DNA from: Owenia fusiformis
Taxonomy: Eukaryota
Assembly (NCBI GenBank): GCA_903813345.2
Contig: CAIIXF020000001.1
Coordinates: 42,284,001-42,348,000, forward strand
Direction of reading: 5' to 3'
Length of the DNA stretch: 64,000 nt
How positions within the stretch are numbered: position 1 is the stretch's first letter; each line of letters begins with the position of its first letter. Below, one piece after another: positions 1-13,354 of the stretch. A program made the translations under genes and the position numbers. The notes under the pieces were generated by a model that had not been told where the DNA came from, did not search any database, and saw nothing but the letters and a program-made list of their open reading frames with translations.

Positions 1-647
1 TGTGACATGTGTAAGTAATAGAGATGAGAAGGCCAGTAGAACGGTTAATCCTATTAACTGCCATGCTGTGCATTCTTTGTTTTGTTTGGTTAAGTAATTA
101 ACCAGATGGATTGTACATCAAGTTGGACGAGAATAATCGAGTATAATATTTTTTAGAACCCAAATAATACAATATAATTTGATATATTCTGCTTAGATTG
201 GAAAATACTAGAAAATAATATTTTTTAGAATAAAAAAATCTAAATAGACTGCAATCATCAGTTTGGATTGATAAATATGACCAAATAATATTTTAGAAAG
301 ACAGAATGAATATAAATTGGCGCAAATAATTCTAAAAAAGAATATTATACCGGGAATAAAACATTCTGCTACATTTTCTTATTGAGATAATCGGATTTGG
401 TAAATGTTTATATGTACAAATAATATATTTGGATCTCACGTATTTCTAATTATATTATATTAATCTCTATATAATGTAGTATATTATGCTGATTATATTT
501 TTTTTCCTTCATAATATAATATAATAACTACAATACTGAATGGAAATACTGTATTATTACGCATCTTTTTACACAAATATCCGAAAATAAAACATCTTTT
601 TATATATTATTTTATCGATTTCACCAAGTGTGCCCGCTACGACATAA

Positions 648-1914
648 ACGCCGCTCGCATATTTGTTCATAATTTGTAACGTTCGCAAAATTACTGTGAA
701 CGACAATGGAGAAAAACGCAGCCAATCTGTTTGATGGTTTAAAAAAGGGAAGGAGCATCCACTTAATCAATCAAAAATAAATGTGGGAATATTTGAGAGA
801 ACAGGAAAATCCGCCCACGGCCAAGAAAACAAAACTGGACATGAATATTCTAAAATATTTCCACGATTGAACAATGTGAACCAGATGACCAAGAATGGTA
901 TGGGATAAACATATTATCCTATAGTCGGTTCAGGATATTGGGATTATCCCTTGGCCAATATAATATATTTTCCCTCGGGACCTGCGGCCCTCGGGCAAAT
1001 ATATTATATTGGCCTCGGGATAATCCCAATATCCTGAACCTCATATAGGATAATCTCTATTTATCCTATATGAGATTCAGGATATTGGGATTATCCCGAG
1101 GCAAATATAATATATCTGCCCAGTTTTGTTTTCTTGGCCCGTGGGCGGATTTTCCTGTTCTCTCAAATATTCCCACATTTATTTTCTCGAATTTTTGATT
1201 GATTAAGTGGATGCTCTTTCCCTTTTTTAAACCATCAAACAGATCCCGATTGTCTTTGTTTTCTCCATTGTCGTTTACAATCATTAGGCGAACGTTACAA
1301 ATTATGAACAAATATGTGAGCGGCGTAACACGTCCAAGTATGGGATAATCTCTATTTATCCCAAACTTGGACGTGTTAGAGGTACATAAAGCCGGTTTGT
1401 AAAAACTTATATTTTCATCAGCGGGCAGATATAGCTTTACGTGCCGCTCCGAGCGGGCAGATATAGTATACTGCTACGTCATAATCGCCGCTCGCATATT
1501 TGCTCATAATTTGTAACCTTCGCGTAATGACTGCAAACGACAATGGAGAAAACACAGACAATCGGGATCTGTTTGATGGTTTAAAAAAGGGAAGGAGCAT
1601 CCACTTAATCAATCAAAATTTCGAGAAAATAAATATGGGAATATTTGTCAGAACAGGTAAATCCGCCCACGGCCAAGAAAACAAAACTGGGCATGAATAT
1701 TCTAAAATATTTCCACGATTGAACAATGTGAACCAGATGACCAAGATTGGTATGGGATAAACATATTATACTATAGTCGGTTCAGGATTTTGGAATTATC
1801 CCTTGGCCAATATAATATATATTTTCCCTCGGGACCTGCTGCCCTCGGGCAGATATATTACATTTGCCTCGGGATAATCCAAATATCCTGAACCTCATAT
1901 AGGATAATCTCTAT
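648..1914. mobile_element. Array of three related double-hairpin non-autonomous elements (Crypton-like architecture); middle copy inverted
   Basis: Copies at about 648-1053 (+, 5'-truncated), 1061-1348 (-) and 1356-1907 (+), each delimited by the 7-bp spacer TCTCTAT (1054-1060, 1349-1355, 1908-1914) between GGATAA/TTATCC arms; internal hairpin centred on CCCTCGGGACCTGCGGCCCTCGGG. Confidence 0.6.
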
Positions 1915-4571
1915 ATGTCAAGCTCCTCCAAAATATCAATTCTATATCACGATGTTTTCAAGTATAATATAAGATCGTATATAGTATATTATCCCATGGT
2001 TGCAACGATATAGATCGAATGTCACATGAAGATATATTTGATATGTGGATCAAGATATCATATGATATTATATCCAAAAATTCACAAACCATCGAATATC
2101 ACTTTTAAACTATCGAATATCACGTGTTAAAAAGTGATATTCGATGGTTTCGATTTTTTCCAAAAAAAATTCTTTTTACAATTTTTAATTATTTTCAAAA
2201 AATTTAAATTTTTTTTTAATTTCAAAAAAAATTTCAACATTTTCCCTAATTTTTTTCAATCATTTTTTCAATTTTTTTCTCAAATTATATTTTTCAACTT
2301 TTTTCGCCGATGATGATTTCGCATGGGAAAGCTGTGCTCACCCGTGAAGATATCAATATCCACTCATGGATATAAATGATATTTTTTCAAAACCATAGGA
2401 TATTCCTATAAGATACGATCTGATATGACTTGCAGAAATAAATAGGAAGTAATCGTTTAGTTGATTGATTTATGGAAGTAGTGAAGTCAATGATTTAATG
2501 AATAAGAGCAGATGTTTTTAATTTGAACAGGTCATTCATCAAATGACACTGAAGATTATAACTTAAAATAGAATGTCTCTCTATATATTTTTATGCATGA
2601 GAGACATGTTATAATGCTGGTGAACAAATGATTATTCTAATTTCATCTGTTCACATCCAGTTCCTATCATGATCGAGAACTGACCGGGAGTAATTCTCCT
2701 CAAATTATTTACTCATTATGAACAGAAATTTAATATTTAAATCGTTAAGGCGTAAATAAATGTCAATTTCACGTTCAATAAAAATCCGTCAATAATTTAC
2801 AGATTACTTGCACATTTGAAGAGGTAAAACTTATAGCAATCAACCGAGGATGGGATTTACATGTAAACTCAATTGCATTTGTTTTTCACGGGAAAGTTTC
2901 TCTCATTGACGTCACAGATTTTTAAGCAGCTCATTATAAAATTCATGAGCTGACTTTGTGGAAAGGTGATACATTTCTCATGTACGCCAAAACGCCATTG
3001 CGTAAAAAGCCAGAAAAAAACTTATTCATTTCCTTATGTTCTTTAGTAATATTTCTTTATTCACGGTGTCCAACCCAAACGCTCTTACATGCACGACGGA
3101 GCGTATCATTACTGACACTAAACAAAGAAATGCTCCGGAGTAGGACAACTGGCGGGTGGGAATGATGAACCGTCTGACAATTTCCCCAATAATGGGAATA
3201 AGAGGTATAAGTTACTTATTTCGAGTATACCATTCGATGGGTGTGATATTCATGTTGTACTTGGCTGGCTGTTGACGTTTGAAACAATTAGGGAGAGCTG
3301 TACGAAGCAGTATAGTTATCAAAATTCTAAAACGTATTTGTCATTCTACCGGTCAAAACCCCTTGTGTCGAGACATGTGATTAGTTGAGCCAAGATTAGT
3401 GCACCAACGTATATTTTGGTCAAATTTCAATGCTTCAACGCAACATACATTATCGTAATAGTGATTTGATGACCAAAAATCCAGTCTTAAAAATGATGAC
3501 ATTGTCATATTCAAGAAACGCTCCGATCTGGTTAACACAGTGAACTGGAAACGCTGCGGTAGTTTAGATCTGTTAAGGAAATATATAGCTTGACTTTCCT
3601 TTTCAGGAAGAGAAAGAAAGGATCTATTATACCCATTGGCATCAATAGAAGAAAGATTAATTCACATATATACTTTTCGTTTTTTTCAATAGTTTTATGT
3701 TTTAGCACACATGTAGGCATGACATCATCTAACGTAGGCTTAAGTCAGCTAGTTGCACGTTTAGCACCACCAGGTTCGGACGTTTCAATTGGCAGTTACA
3801 ATGGATGGAAAAACTCATAAAATCATGGGGCTAATGTTACGTTTCATTTATTTTATCTGACAAAGTTGCATCAGTTATAAATAACAATATAGTATATTAG
3901 GTAAAACAAATCAATATTGATATATCATGAAAATCGATTTTAATTTTTAATTTATGATTTAAATTTTTGTGCATGTTCAGTTATGCTTATGTAAACTGTG
4001 GTACCAGAATTATAATGATAAACCTCTCCAGATTTTATATAAATTTTTCCCCTACCCCCGATTTTTCAATTTCACTAATTCAATTTATATTCCGTTGCGA
4101 TGTGGTTGCTAGAGAGAATCATGGACCGAAATGATAAAATCGTGGACCGAAATTATATTGAAATGATAATAAGTCAGCATTTATCTATTATCTTATGAAA
4201 TGAAAATTATTCGAACATTTTAGGCACATTAGAACGGTAACCATAAGTTTTGTAACATGCACCACAGGCCTATATTGACATGAATTCGTGCGCCCTTTCA
4301 AGGCAAGCATGAATTATATGATCTGAAATAAAAAAAAAGAAATAAGGGGTGATGGTGGGTGGGGAAAAAGTTGTAATACAGTAAAAAAACGTATGCATGA
4401 TGGTATTGTAAGACTAATGAAAACGAGTATGTTGACTGTTGACTGACTGAATACAAGATGCTCGAATGTATAGTTACTGAAGTGTGTGGAGCGAGAAGAG
4501 ATACGCAAGAGGCGTAACGTATTGGTCGAGTGATCAATTCCATTAACCTGGTTTTAATTCAAAAACACCAT

Positions 4572-4910
4572 ATTAATTCCTGTGATCCCTCTCCCAATAA
4601 AATAACAAAACAAGGCGTGTGCGGTTGGTTAGATGGCAGAAGCTTGTCTGTTAGACTGGTCATCGCCGGGAGGGGTGTGAGTGTGGACACCGCGATTCCC
4701 GGGGTTACGATGGTCAGTCTAAGACGCTGCGTTTTTACAAAACCCATTTACGCAACTCGACAGCCCCCAAAACCGCCAAACGGGAATCGCGGTGTCCACA
4801 CTCACACCCCTCCCGGCGATGACCAGTCTAACAGACAAGCTTCTGCCATCTAACCAACCGCACGCGCCTTGTTTTGTTATTTTATTGGGAGAGGGATCAC
4901 AGGAATTAAT
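4572..4910. mobile_element. Young MITE / near-perfect 130-bp inverted repeat
   Basis: Arms 4572-4701 and 4781-4910 are reverse complements with about one mismatch seen; 79-bp loop; outer ends contain TTAA. Confidence 0.8.
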
Positions 4911-5035
4911 TACGGTTTACGAGCATGAAATAGGCGTTTTGATATTAATGATTTGACACAATTTTAAAATATTTTAAGCGTAGTGCTCTATGTATACACC
5001 TTCATACGCCCCTGCTTCTTGTTCTTGTTTGTACT

Positions 5036-5935
5036 GACGTGTCGCAAAAAGGCGGCGCATTTGTTTTTTAAGGGTATCGCGTGAATGTAACTTTGATTCC
5101 CCGGATTATAAGATGATATTCTAATTAAAGTTATATATCATTTTAAAGCTGTTTCGATGAAGATTTTAGATCAACTACACTCCGTTCACATTTTTTGCGC
5201 GTTCGTTTTTAAAAAAGAGTTTTTTACCAAAACATCTGGCAAATATCCCATGTTGACACGTTACATTTTGAATTATTTTTCGTCTTTAAACGCTCATAAC
5301 TCAAACAATATATGACTATTATACTTAATTATTTTTCGTCTTGATAAAGGTAGATTGAAGTTTTATTTTAGTTGGCGTCCCATATTGTGACGTCATAGAG
5401 TCTGAAAAATAGAATCGGTTGACAGCGACCTTTTTTGCTCATTTTTTGGTACCTTCAACTTTTCAGGTGTACATTAAACAAAAAATACGAGATCAATTTT
5501 TAATAAATCATACATGATTATTTTGCTCCTAAACTCTAGTTTATTAATAAATAGTTGATTTTGTTCACAAAAGTATGTGTTTTCTGTTGTATGTGGAAAA
5601 GTGGAGGACGAAAGGTTTTCAAAATTCATTAAAATAGGGCTAATTTACGCCGTTCGCCTATTTTCAAGCACAGCAACACGTATATTTATTTCACCTAAAA
5701 TATCAATTGATTCGTGTTTTATGATGCTCCTAGCCCATTAACAATATATATATGATATCAGAGTTATTCGTCTAAAATATTTTGAGATATAGAGGTAAAT
5801 GTGGAGGACGAAAGGATTTTCATGTGTGTACATTTTTCTCAAAAACGTCACATTCTTTCATGTTAAAAGCGAGGATCCTCTGGATTACGCCACAAAATTT
5901 GTAACAATGCGTGCGCGAGCTTTTTGCGACACGTC
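5036..5935 (+). mobile_element. ~900-bp MITE, family GACGTGTCGCAAAAA, copy 1
   Basis: TIR GACGTGTCGCAAAAAG ... CTTTTTGCGACACGTC; 3-bp TSD ACT (5033-5035, 5936-5938); near-identical copy at 37535-38443. Confidence 0.9.
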
Positions 5936-5994
5936 ACTGCTCTATCAAATGTCACGTTGATCGCATGCAGTGTCCTTCCTATTTTTAATTTTAC

Positions 5995-6557
5995 AAAATA
6001 GAAATCAACTGGCTCAACAAGATTGAATCATTATTTGTCAATGTTTCAGGATCACTTTTCATTTGATATTACATCCTAGCACTATGAATAACAATTGTCC
6101 CGATGTAAATAAAATGAAAAAAGTATTATTTATCAACAGAAATTTAAAATTCACCGTGCGGCTGCCGTGGGAAATGTGACTGCAAAAGTATGAGAGCGCA
6201 GAAATTCCACGGCGAGCGTAGAAATGAAACTAAACATTTTTAATGTATTCATGGGCCTCAGAGCTCAGCTATAGTATAGAACGACGCGACAGAAAGTGTA
6301 ATCAATGCAGAAATGTAGTTTTGAGTTCTATCCTATCGGATATGCACCTATTGGCCTCGTTATAGTTTTGTGTTTATTTTATATTTCTCTACAAGATGTA
6401 AGCTCATTTGTTTGTAATTCACCTTTGTTTCTGGTAGTTACGCATTAACTAAATAAAGCATCATATTCAAAACTATTTCTGCAAGTGATGTAATTTTGTA
6501 AAATAAAATTGATCTGCGGTCGACGCACGGCCTGCGTACGACAAATGTGACTGGGTG
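5995..6557 (+). mobile_element. Partial copy of the CACCCCAGTCACATTT MITE family
   Basis: 5998-6225 matches about 33584-33815; ends in ACAAATGTGACTGGGTG (right TIR); left TIR not found. Confidence 0.7.
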
Positions 6558-7904
6558 TAATGCGTGGTGTATACTTACCATATTCTATGGCCATTGAGTG
6601 TGGCCATAGATTATAAATAAGACACTCTTTGTTTTTTTGAATTTGCCTTTAAATTGCCCAGCCGTCTTATTTTTATTGATTAAAGAAATATAAAGAAATA
6701 TTCTTTAACAAGAGCGACCATCTTGTCTTTTCGCTATAGCGGAAATAAGGCATGCTTTCAATATGGAGAACGGGACGACGTTTATTTTCAATGAAAGCGT
6801 TCAATATTTCATCAACAAGACAAGCCGTTACCATTTCAATTCTTGAAATATTAGCAGGACTGTTTTTAGAATATTACTTAGATTTATTAAACGGCGGCTA
6901 AAGATTTTACAATAGTTCACGGTGTTCCAAATGGAATCAGTTCTGGCTAGAGACGCGAGTAAGTGTATACATGTATATTATACTATCTGTATATCCTTTA
7001 CTACAGAATACTTACACGTATAAGAATAAGACTCATTTTTATTAATGAATATATACCCGGGCCTCAGGCTGAGCTTGAATTCGCGAATGCAACTTTCGGC
7101 TAGCGGCTACCGAATTGATTACAAATTGATGGCAAACTCATCTAAATAAGTGAATAGTACCTACTGTGTATCCCTGTAGCTGCAAGCTATCCCGTCAAAT
7201 TCAATCGCTGACCTTAATGACAGCCTTAATGGGTAAATCTGCCTATTTAGCAGCAAGTGACAATGACCTAATTTAGTTCGCTAATTCAACCGAGCGTCTT
7301 TATCATAACTGAATGATAACGTATGGAATCGTATCTTAAAAACTAGCAATGACATTTATTTTAATGATAAAAACGTCACTTATAAGTGTAATGACCCTGT
7401 ATGTGTTACTGAGTATGTGCCTGTAAATTTATGTGTTGCCAATGTCAGGATGGTGAGCTGTTGACTAGGGCCTGTTACATTAAAGTGTGATTTGAAGTGT
7501 TGTATGTCACTTTTTGGCGCCAAAATGAGATAAATGCTATAGAAGGTGTTATGCGGTAAACAAGATACAAATATATGTCACATTCCGCAACGAATATATA
7601 ATAGATTATATTATTAAATATGTTAACCAATGAGAACGTGATACGGAAGTACGCAATTGTCTTGCATCGATTTGACAAACGGGTAAAAGTTTATAAATTA
7701 TTATAATGATTACTGAATCAACAGTTCAGTGTATCGAATCTATCAACTTATGCAGAAGTATAACTGAACCAATCTCACGTAAAAACCACTCCATTAATCC
7801 AGGATTCATATATTAGTACTAACTGTATTGGTAATCCAGCATAGTTTTACATTTAGAGTCAATTCTCGCAACCAATCAAATCAAGGCTTTCTGCATTACG
7901 TTTT

Positions 7905-8130
7905 CACCTGCAGTATATGTCACATTCACCTGCGGTATGTGGCATATTCCGCAAGTGAGTATGACATATTCCGCAGGTGAGTTGGTATTCACAGAAATCA
8001 ATGTATCGCATATTCACTGCGGAATATGGCATACTCACCTGCGGAATATGCCATATACCACAGGTGAGTATGGCATATTCACCCGTATCACAAATACCGC
8101 GCAACCATGAATGTATGCCATATTCCGCGT
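7905..8130. repeat. Degenerate ~22-bp direct/inverted minisatellite (CACCTGCGGAATATGGCATATT-like)
   Basis: Repeated CACCTGCGG / CCGCAGGTGAG / ATATGGCATA units in both orientations; adjacent 7570-7740 resembles 47125-47310. Confidence 0.6.
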
Positions 8131-8703
8131 AACAGAAGGTATCGCAATAGATTTCAGATAGCCTTATTGATACATCAAACACTGAAATAGGGGTGGAAAG
8201 GGCTTAAAATCAGGACAACATTTTAGAAAAAAAACATGTTGGTTGGGTGCATATTCCCTGTCTCAAAGTCCAAAATATTTTATCTCTATGACACGCCCGG
8301 TGTTCGTACAAAATGGATGGAGGGGGAGTAGGCGATTTCTGAAAGGAAACTCAACCAAGGATTGGTATCGATATGGAGGACTTTTTGAACACACGGTTCT
8401 CTAAAACAAGTCATAAAAAATCTGAAAATTTAACACATCGTCAATTTAATGGTCATCTTCTGAATGGTAACAATATAATTTGAAAAATAAATATATACAT
8501 TCATCTATATTGTTTTAGAAAACACATAAAACACTTGTTTTGTTCTTGGTATCATGTTTCCAGAATGAAATGAAACATCTTTTCGAACCTCATTGGAACA
8601 AAACGACATAAACACAACATGTTTAGGTCTCTAAATATTGTAATTGTACAAAGGAAATTTTGGTTGATTTTAAAAAAGTATCTTGTTATAAAAGGTTTAT
8701 CTT

Positions 8704-10210
8704 GGTTACCTGTATTTTACAAGCGAGCAGGCGACCCAGGTGGGCGCTTTTATTTTTTAATAGGGGTGGAAGGATCAAAAACACATTCCAAAATTATTTT
8801 ATTGCATGATTATCTTTGAGATTCTGTCGTCTAGATTGTAACTTTCAAAAATACAGTGTAGATCTATTATTTTTCGAATCCGAGAATGGTCCAACAAATC
8901 TTTACGGTGTGCGGTGTAACGGTGTAAAACAACATATCTGACACCCTCTGCAGGTGCTTGGGGTTGTGTGACATACGGGCGTAAATCCCAAATACAGTAT
9001 GGTGGTTGGTACTTGGTGGTATACGCAATATTGTAGCAGCAAATTGGAATCTGTTCAAATATAACGAGAGCGATAGCAATGTATGAGTCTGGTCTACTGC
9101 GCGCTGATTGGTCAACAGTGATCAGTGACGTCAGGGTCAAGTGAGGTCACTTGCTTGACCACTGAGAACATTAAATTTAGAGAAAATCGGGACAAACTGA
9201 GCATGTCATAAGTAAACTGAACAATATTGCAAAATATTACACAGGAATTAAAAGGCCGAAACTGTTTTGAAAGTTCCTTAATTTAGTGTAATTAAAATCT
9301 TGACCGGAAATCAAAAATCCAGTGTCCTTGAGGTGTCACTCCGGGAAATGTGGTAAAAGTGTTTTTTAATACTTTAAAAACGAAGCCATGCCAACTTCAA
9401 TGGTGTGTATAGTAGGTTTAAGTGTATGCAATGTGGCCATTTGAGGTATGTATGTAAAGCTGAGGCCAAGTACTTTCTAAATGTGCCATTTTAAGAAAAA
9501 AACGCAAGAATATAGTCCCGTAAACTGGAACTACTTTATTCGATAATTTTCATCGGTGAAGCAGGGATTTTACCTGAAAATGAGTCCCTATGTTGGCGTA
9601 GTGATATATAAAAATCGAGACGCAAACCCTATGTTAAATATAGTGTCAAGATTAAGGTTATCATTGTATAGGGGAACGCAGAAATATAGTCATTGTATGG
9701 GCTAGTTCGTTCGAAAATGGCGATATGTACCCCAGAACTTGAATTTTGTGATTTTTTCAATATTTTTCAATGATTTACAGGAGTGACACCTTGACCTGAC
9801 CGGAAGACGACAACAACAACAAGATAGGTCCAACAAGATAATTCAGCAAACTCTTTGTCAAGATCTACTTGGATGAAAAGTTGCCTAGCCCTGATACCCC
9901 GGCCTGATACCATCAGTGTAAGGAACTGAACGATACCATATACTTGTTTGTTTTGTTGTTGGTTAGGTAACACGCCTGTGAGGTCACAAACGATTGACAA
10001 GAATTTAAACCCTGCTTCAGTAAACTTGATTTCTTATTTTCAAGGCCAATTTGGATAATTTTAATTAGGGTAGGTCTAAGGCCCAAGTATGTAATAATAA
10101 TCCATAGGCCATAAATTAATTTTGGAATGCGTTTTTGATCCTACCACCCCTATGAAAAAAATAAAAGCGCCCGCCTGGGTCGCCTGCTCGCCTGTAAAAT
10201 ACAGGTAACA
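8704..10210. mobile_element. Non-autonomous MULE/Mutator-like DNA transposon
   Basis: ~55-bp TIRs GGTTACCTGTATTTTACAAGCGAGCAGGCGACCCAGG ... CCTGGGTCGCCTGCTCGCCTGTAAAATACAGGTAACA; 9-bp TSD GTTTATCTT (8695-8703, 10211-10219). Sits inside an older, diverged inverted-repeat element (about 8520-8690 vs 10250-10420). Confidence 0.8.
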
Positions 10211-10678
10211 GTTTATCTTGATTTCTTATCTATTTTGGGGCGATTTTGTTTGAATTTTTTAAGGCTTTTTTAAAATCAGTCAAAAATTCCTTTGTATAAC
10301 TATAATATTGAGAGGTCTAAAAACATGTTGTATATGATATTTTGTTCCACCACCAAGGTTCGGAAAGACATTTTATTTCATTCTCAAGAATTGGTAGAAA
10401 GGAGCAAAACAATTGCACTAAAAAGACAACAAAAAATGTTAACAAAAAACAGTTATATAAAATATTTCTAAATAATTTTCGCATTAAATTGTTGTCAACC
10501 AATATATTAAAATAATATAATAATATAATAATATTTAAATAATACCAGGACCCCCTTTTGGGGATAAATCAGTTTTAATTTTCGTATTTTTCAAACTTCG
10601 GTTTTCGCGGTACTTTTCATATTTTGCGCGAACTTTTTCTTATTTTCAACTAACAGGTTTTACCTACACCCATTTGTT

Positions 10679-10972
10679 ATGGGTTTCCAAGGATATGGAT
10701 TGCTCCTTCTCTGCTTTGTTCTTGCAGTCCAGTCATCTTTCTGTGATCATGGAAACCACCTACCTTCAACAGAGTCATACACACAGCTGATGCAACTACG
10801 ACGTTTCCATAAGCTTGTTGGCTCTCGTGGAATCCTTCACAAGAAATCATCAACATCACTGCTTTTCCTATATCTTATTCTAAGTGGTGACATCCACCCA
10901 AACCCAGGTCCTGTTAAAGTTCCCTGCGGTAAGCAGTTGTCAAGAATCAAGAATCAATGTGTGGCATTGTAA
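10679..10972 (+). pseudogene. 5' fragment of a non-LTR retrotransposon ORF with 2A-like motif
   Basis: LLFLYLILSGDIHPNPGP followed by VKVPCG (start of a truncated PHD-like finger); this arrangement is typical of N-termini of CR1/L2-group LINE ORFs. Confidence 0.65.
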
Positions 10973-11793
10973 TATAAGTAATGTAATGATTAAGTACTAT
11001 TTTGTATTTTTAGTGTGGCTTTGTTGACCCCTATCCCTAAGAAATATGAAAAAGTGAAGGTGGCACAATTAGATCAGAAATTCTATAATGAGTACAAATA
11101 CTTCTCCAAGTAGCATTTAAAAATGTATTTGTGTGATATATATAGGTAATTTAATGGGAGGGATGCAATCTGAGGGAAAATATGATATTGGCCAAGGAAA
11201 ATATCATATTGTATTAGTTTGTGGACGAAGGATTACCCCCCTAGAATAATATTTGAGGGGGGTATTAGATTATCATTCTATAACATCAACTAAATATATG
11301 GTATAGTACTGATTCCTACATAATATGTCACTAGTACAATGGTCAAGTGTATCCACATTTTTTTACGAAAAATGGCGGCCATTTTGAATTGAGCGGCCAT
11401 ATTGAAAATTACTTCTCGAGCAGAGGTCCAAGACTCATAAGGCATAAGCCTATAAAATTTGAATCAAATCCGTCAACCGGTATTTGAGTTATCAACCAAT
11501 AAAAAACTCCAGTAAAGTCAGGAGTTCCTGAAGGAACAGTTCTTGGACCACTCTGTTTCCTTGTTTATATGATCAATAATATGGGCAATAACCTATCATC
11601 CTCAGCCAGTCTCAAACTATTTGCTGACGACAGCCTTTTATTCATGACAGTCGAAAGCAAGCAAGATGCATTAACACTAGAGGAGAATCCTGATAAACTG
11701 GTCTCCTGAGCATCAACATGGCAAATGAAATTCCATCCATCGAAATGCTATGTGCTAAATATTCATAAAGGTAAATCCCCTATCATTCACAAT

Positions 11794-12299
11794 TGGATAG
11801 TCGCTAAATAGCAGAAAAATCAATGAAATCTAGTGCTGCCATCTTTTATTCAGCTTTTAATTTGGGCTAGAGTTCCATTCACTTACATGCTACAATCTTG
11901 GAAAAGTGGCTTGATTTCATGATTTATCAAAGTGTGTTAGTTGAATCTGTATAAAACTTGAATGATATACCACATTATGACCCCGTTTATGCACATGTTG
12001 TGATTAAATATGCAAAATTAATGTTGATTGACATACAAATAATCTAAGGTTTTAAGGAATTTTAGCATTGCATCTATGGAAATTTGGCCCAAGTTTTTTT
12101 TAAATTGTCATAGAAAATTATTCAAATTACATAACTGTGTAAATCAAAGCTATTTTAGGAGAAAACATTCCACTGAATGCAAATATGCCATTTAAAAGAA
12201 GGAAATGTAAGTCATTAGAGGTCTAATATGCAAATCTCTTAAAATCTCACGAAAAACGAGATTTAGTGAGATTTCAAAAGCTATATGGAAACTATACTA
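11794..12299. mobile_element. Diverged MITE interrupting the LINE
   Basis: Non-coding 500-bp insert between LINE codons ...SPIIHN / YTKLG...; weak terminal inverted similarity, right end ...ACTATACTA. Confidence 0.5.
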
Positions 12300-13354
12300 T
12301 TACACCAAGCTAGGGGGTGTCGGTAACACACATCCCATACCTAGGTATTGACATCACAAATAACTTATGCTGGACAGCACATATTCAAACTATTGTATCC
12401 AAAGTCAATAAGGTGCTTGGATTTCTCAGGCGCAACCTCCATCAATGCCCTGAAAAAGTGAGGGCTCAGGCGAATTTCTAGTCCGGCCTAATATAGAATA
12501 TGCCCGTTTGGCATGGGATCCATACCGACAAAAAGATATTGATATGCTGGAACAGGTACAGAGAAGAGCAGCCAGGTTTGTAACCAAATGTCACTCAATA
12601 GTTATAAAGGAATTTTTCAGATAAGCCTTAATTAAGCTGTTTCCTCCTGTTCATCCTGCAATCGTTTTGATGAGTTTAAATGATAAAACATATATTCCTG
12701 CATACGGTTTTACTTGTTGAGCACTTGTCAACATTACCATTTACTAATTATTGAGGGGTTTAACAGGGGTCCACAAAAAATAAAAATATTAGATTTTGAT
12801 ATTTTTGAAGTTTACAACGGATTATCTACTTATTAATCAGTTTTTGGGAAGGTTATTAGCATGAACTATTGATTTTATCTGTTTAATTGAAAATAAGATC
12901 GTCTGTCTGACTATATTTTGCATTCAAAATGATTAAAAATAATTGTTCCATTTAGTTCACTTTCTTTTAACATCATCTTGTTTTTTGTTAATCTGCCAAT
13001 TGTTTTGATGTTTAAATAATAAAACATATATTCCTTTGCTATTTTGAGGGCGAGGCCACCGTGCCAAGTTCCATTCTCCCGTGTCATTAATCTACCGCTA
13101 TGTCGTCATAAGATCCAATTGAACGCCTTGACATTGATATCACTTTAAAGATAGTAGAAATGGTTTTCCAATGATACCCCGTATTGCCATGCTCACCTCA
13201 GTTGGGTGTACTCAATCTTTGATGCAATCTGTAGAGTGTACCCCTAACCCAAAGAAATTTCAAGAAATCTCAAAATCAAATTTCCTGAATTTTGCTAAAA
13301 GGACCTGTGCCGGATTGATTCTTCTCATTTGCATTTTCTCAAATATAGCATTGT

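Noticed and set aside
1066..1760. Short ORFs with similar translations (NDNGEN.DNRDLFDGLKKG)
   Set aside because: By-products of the repeated non-coding element; frames are not preserved among the three copies.
3206..3570. Possible minus-strand host exons (SKLPQRFQFTVLTRSERF...YYDN with good AG/GT sites)
   Set aside because: The next candidate exon hits a stop in the required phase and no protein family is recognisable.
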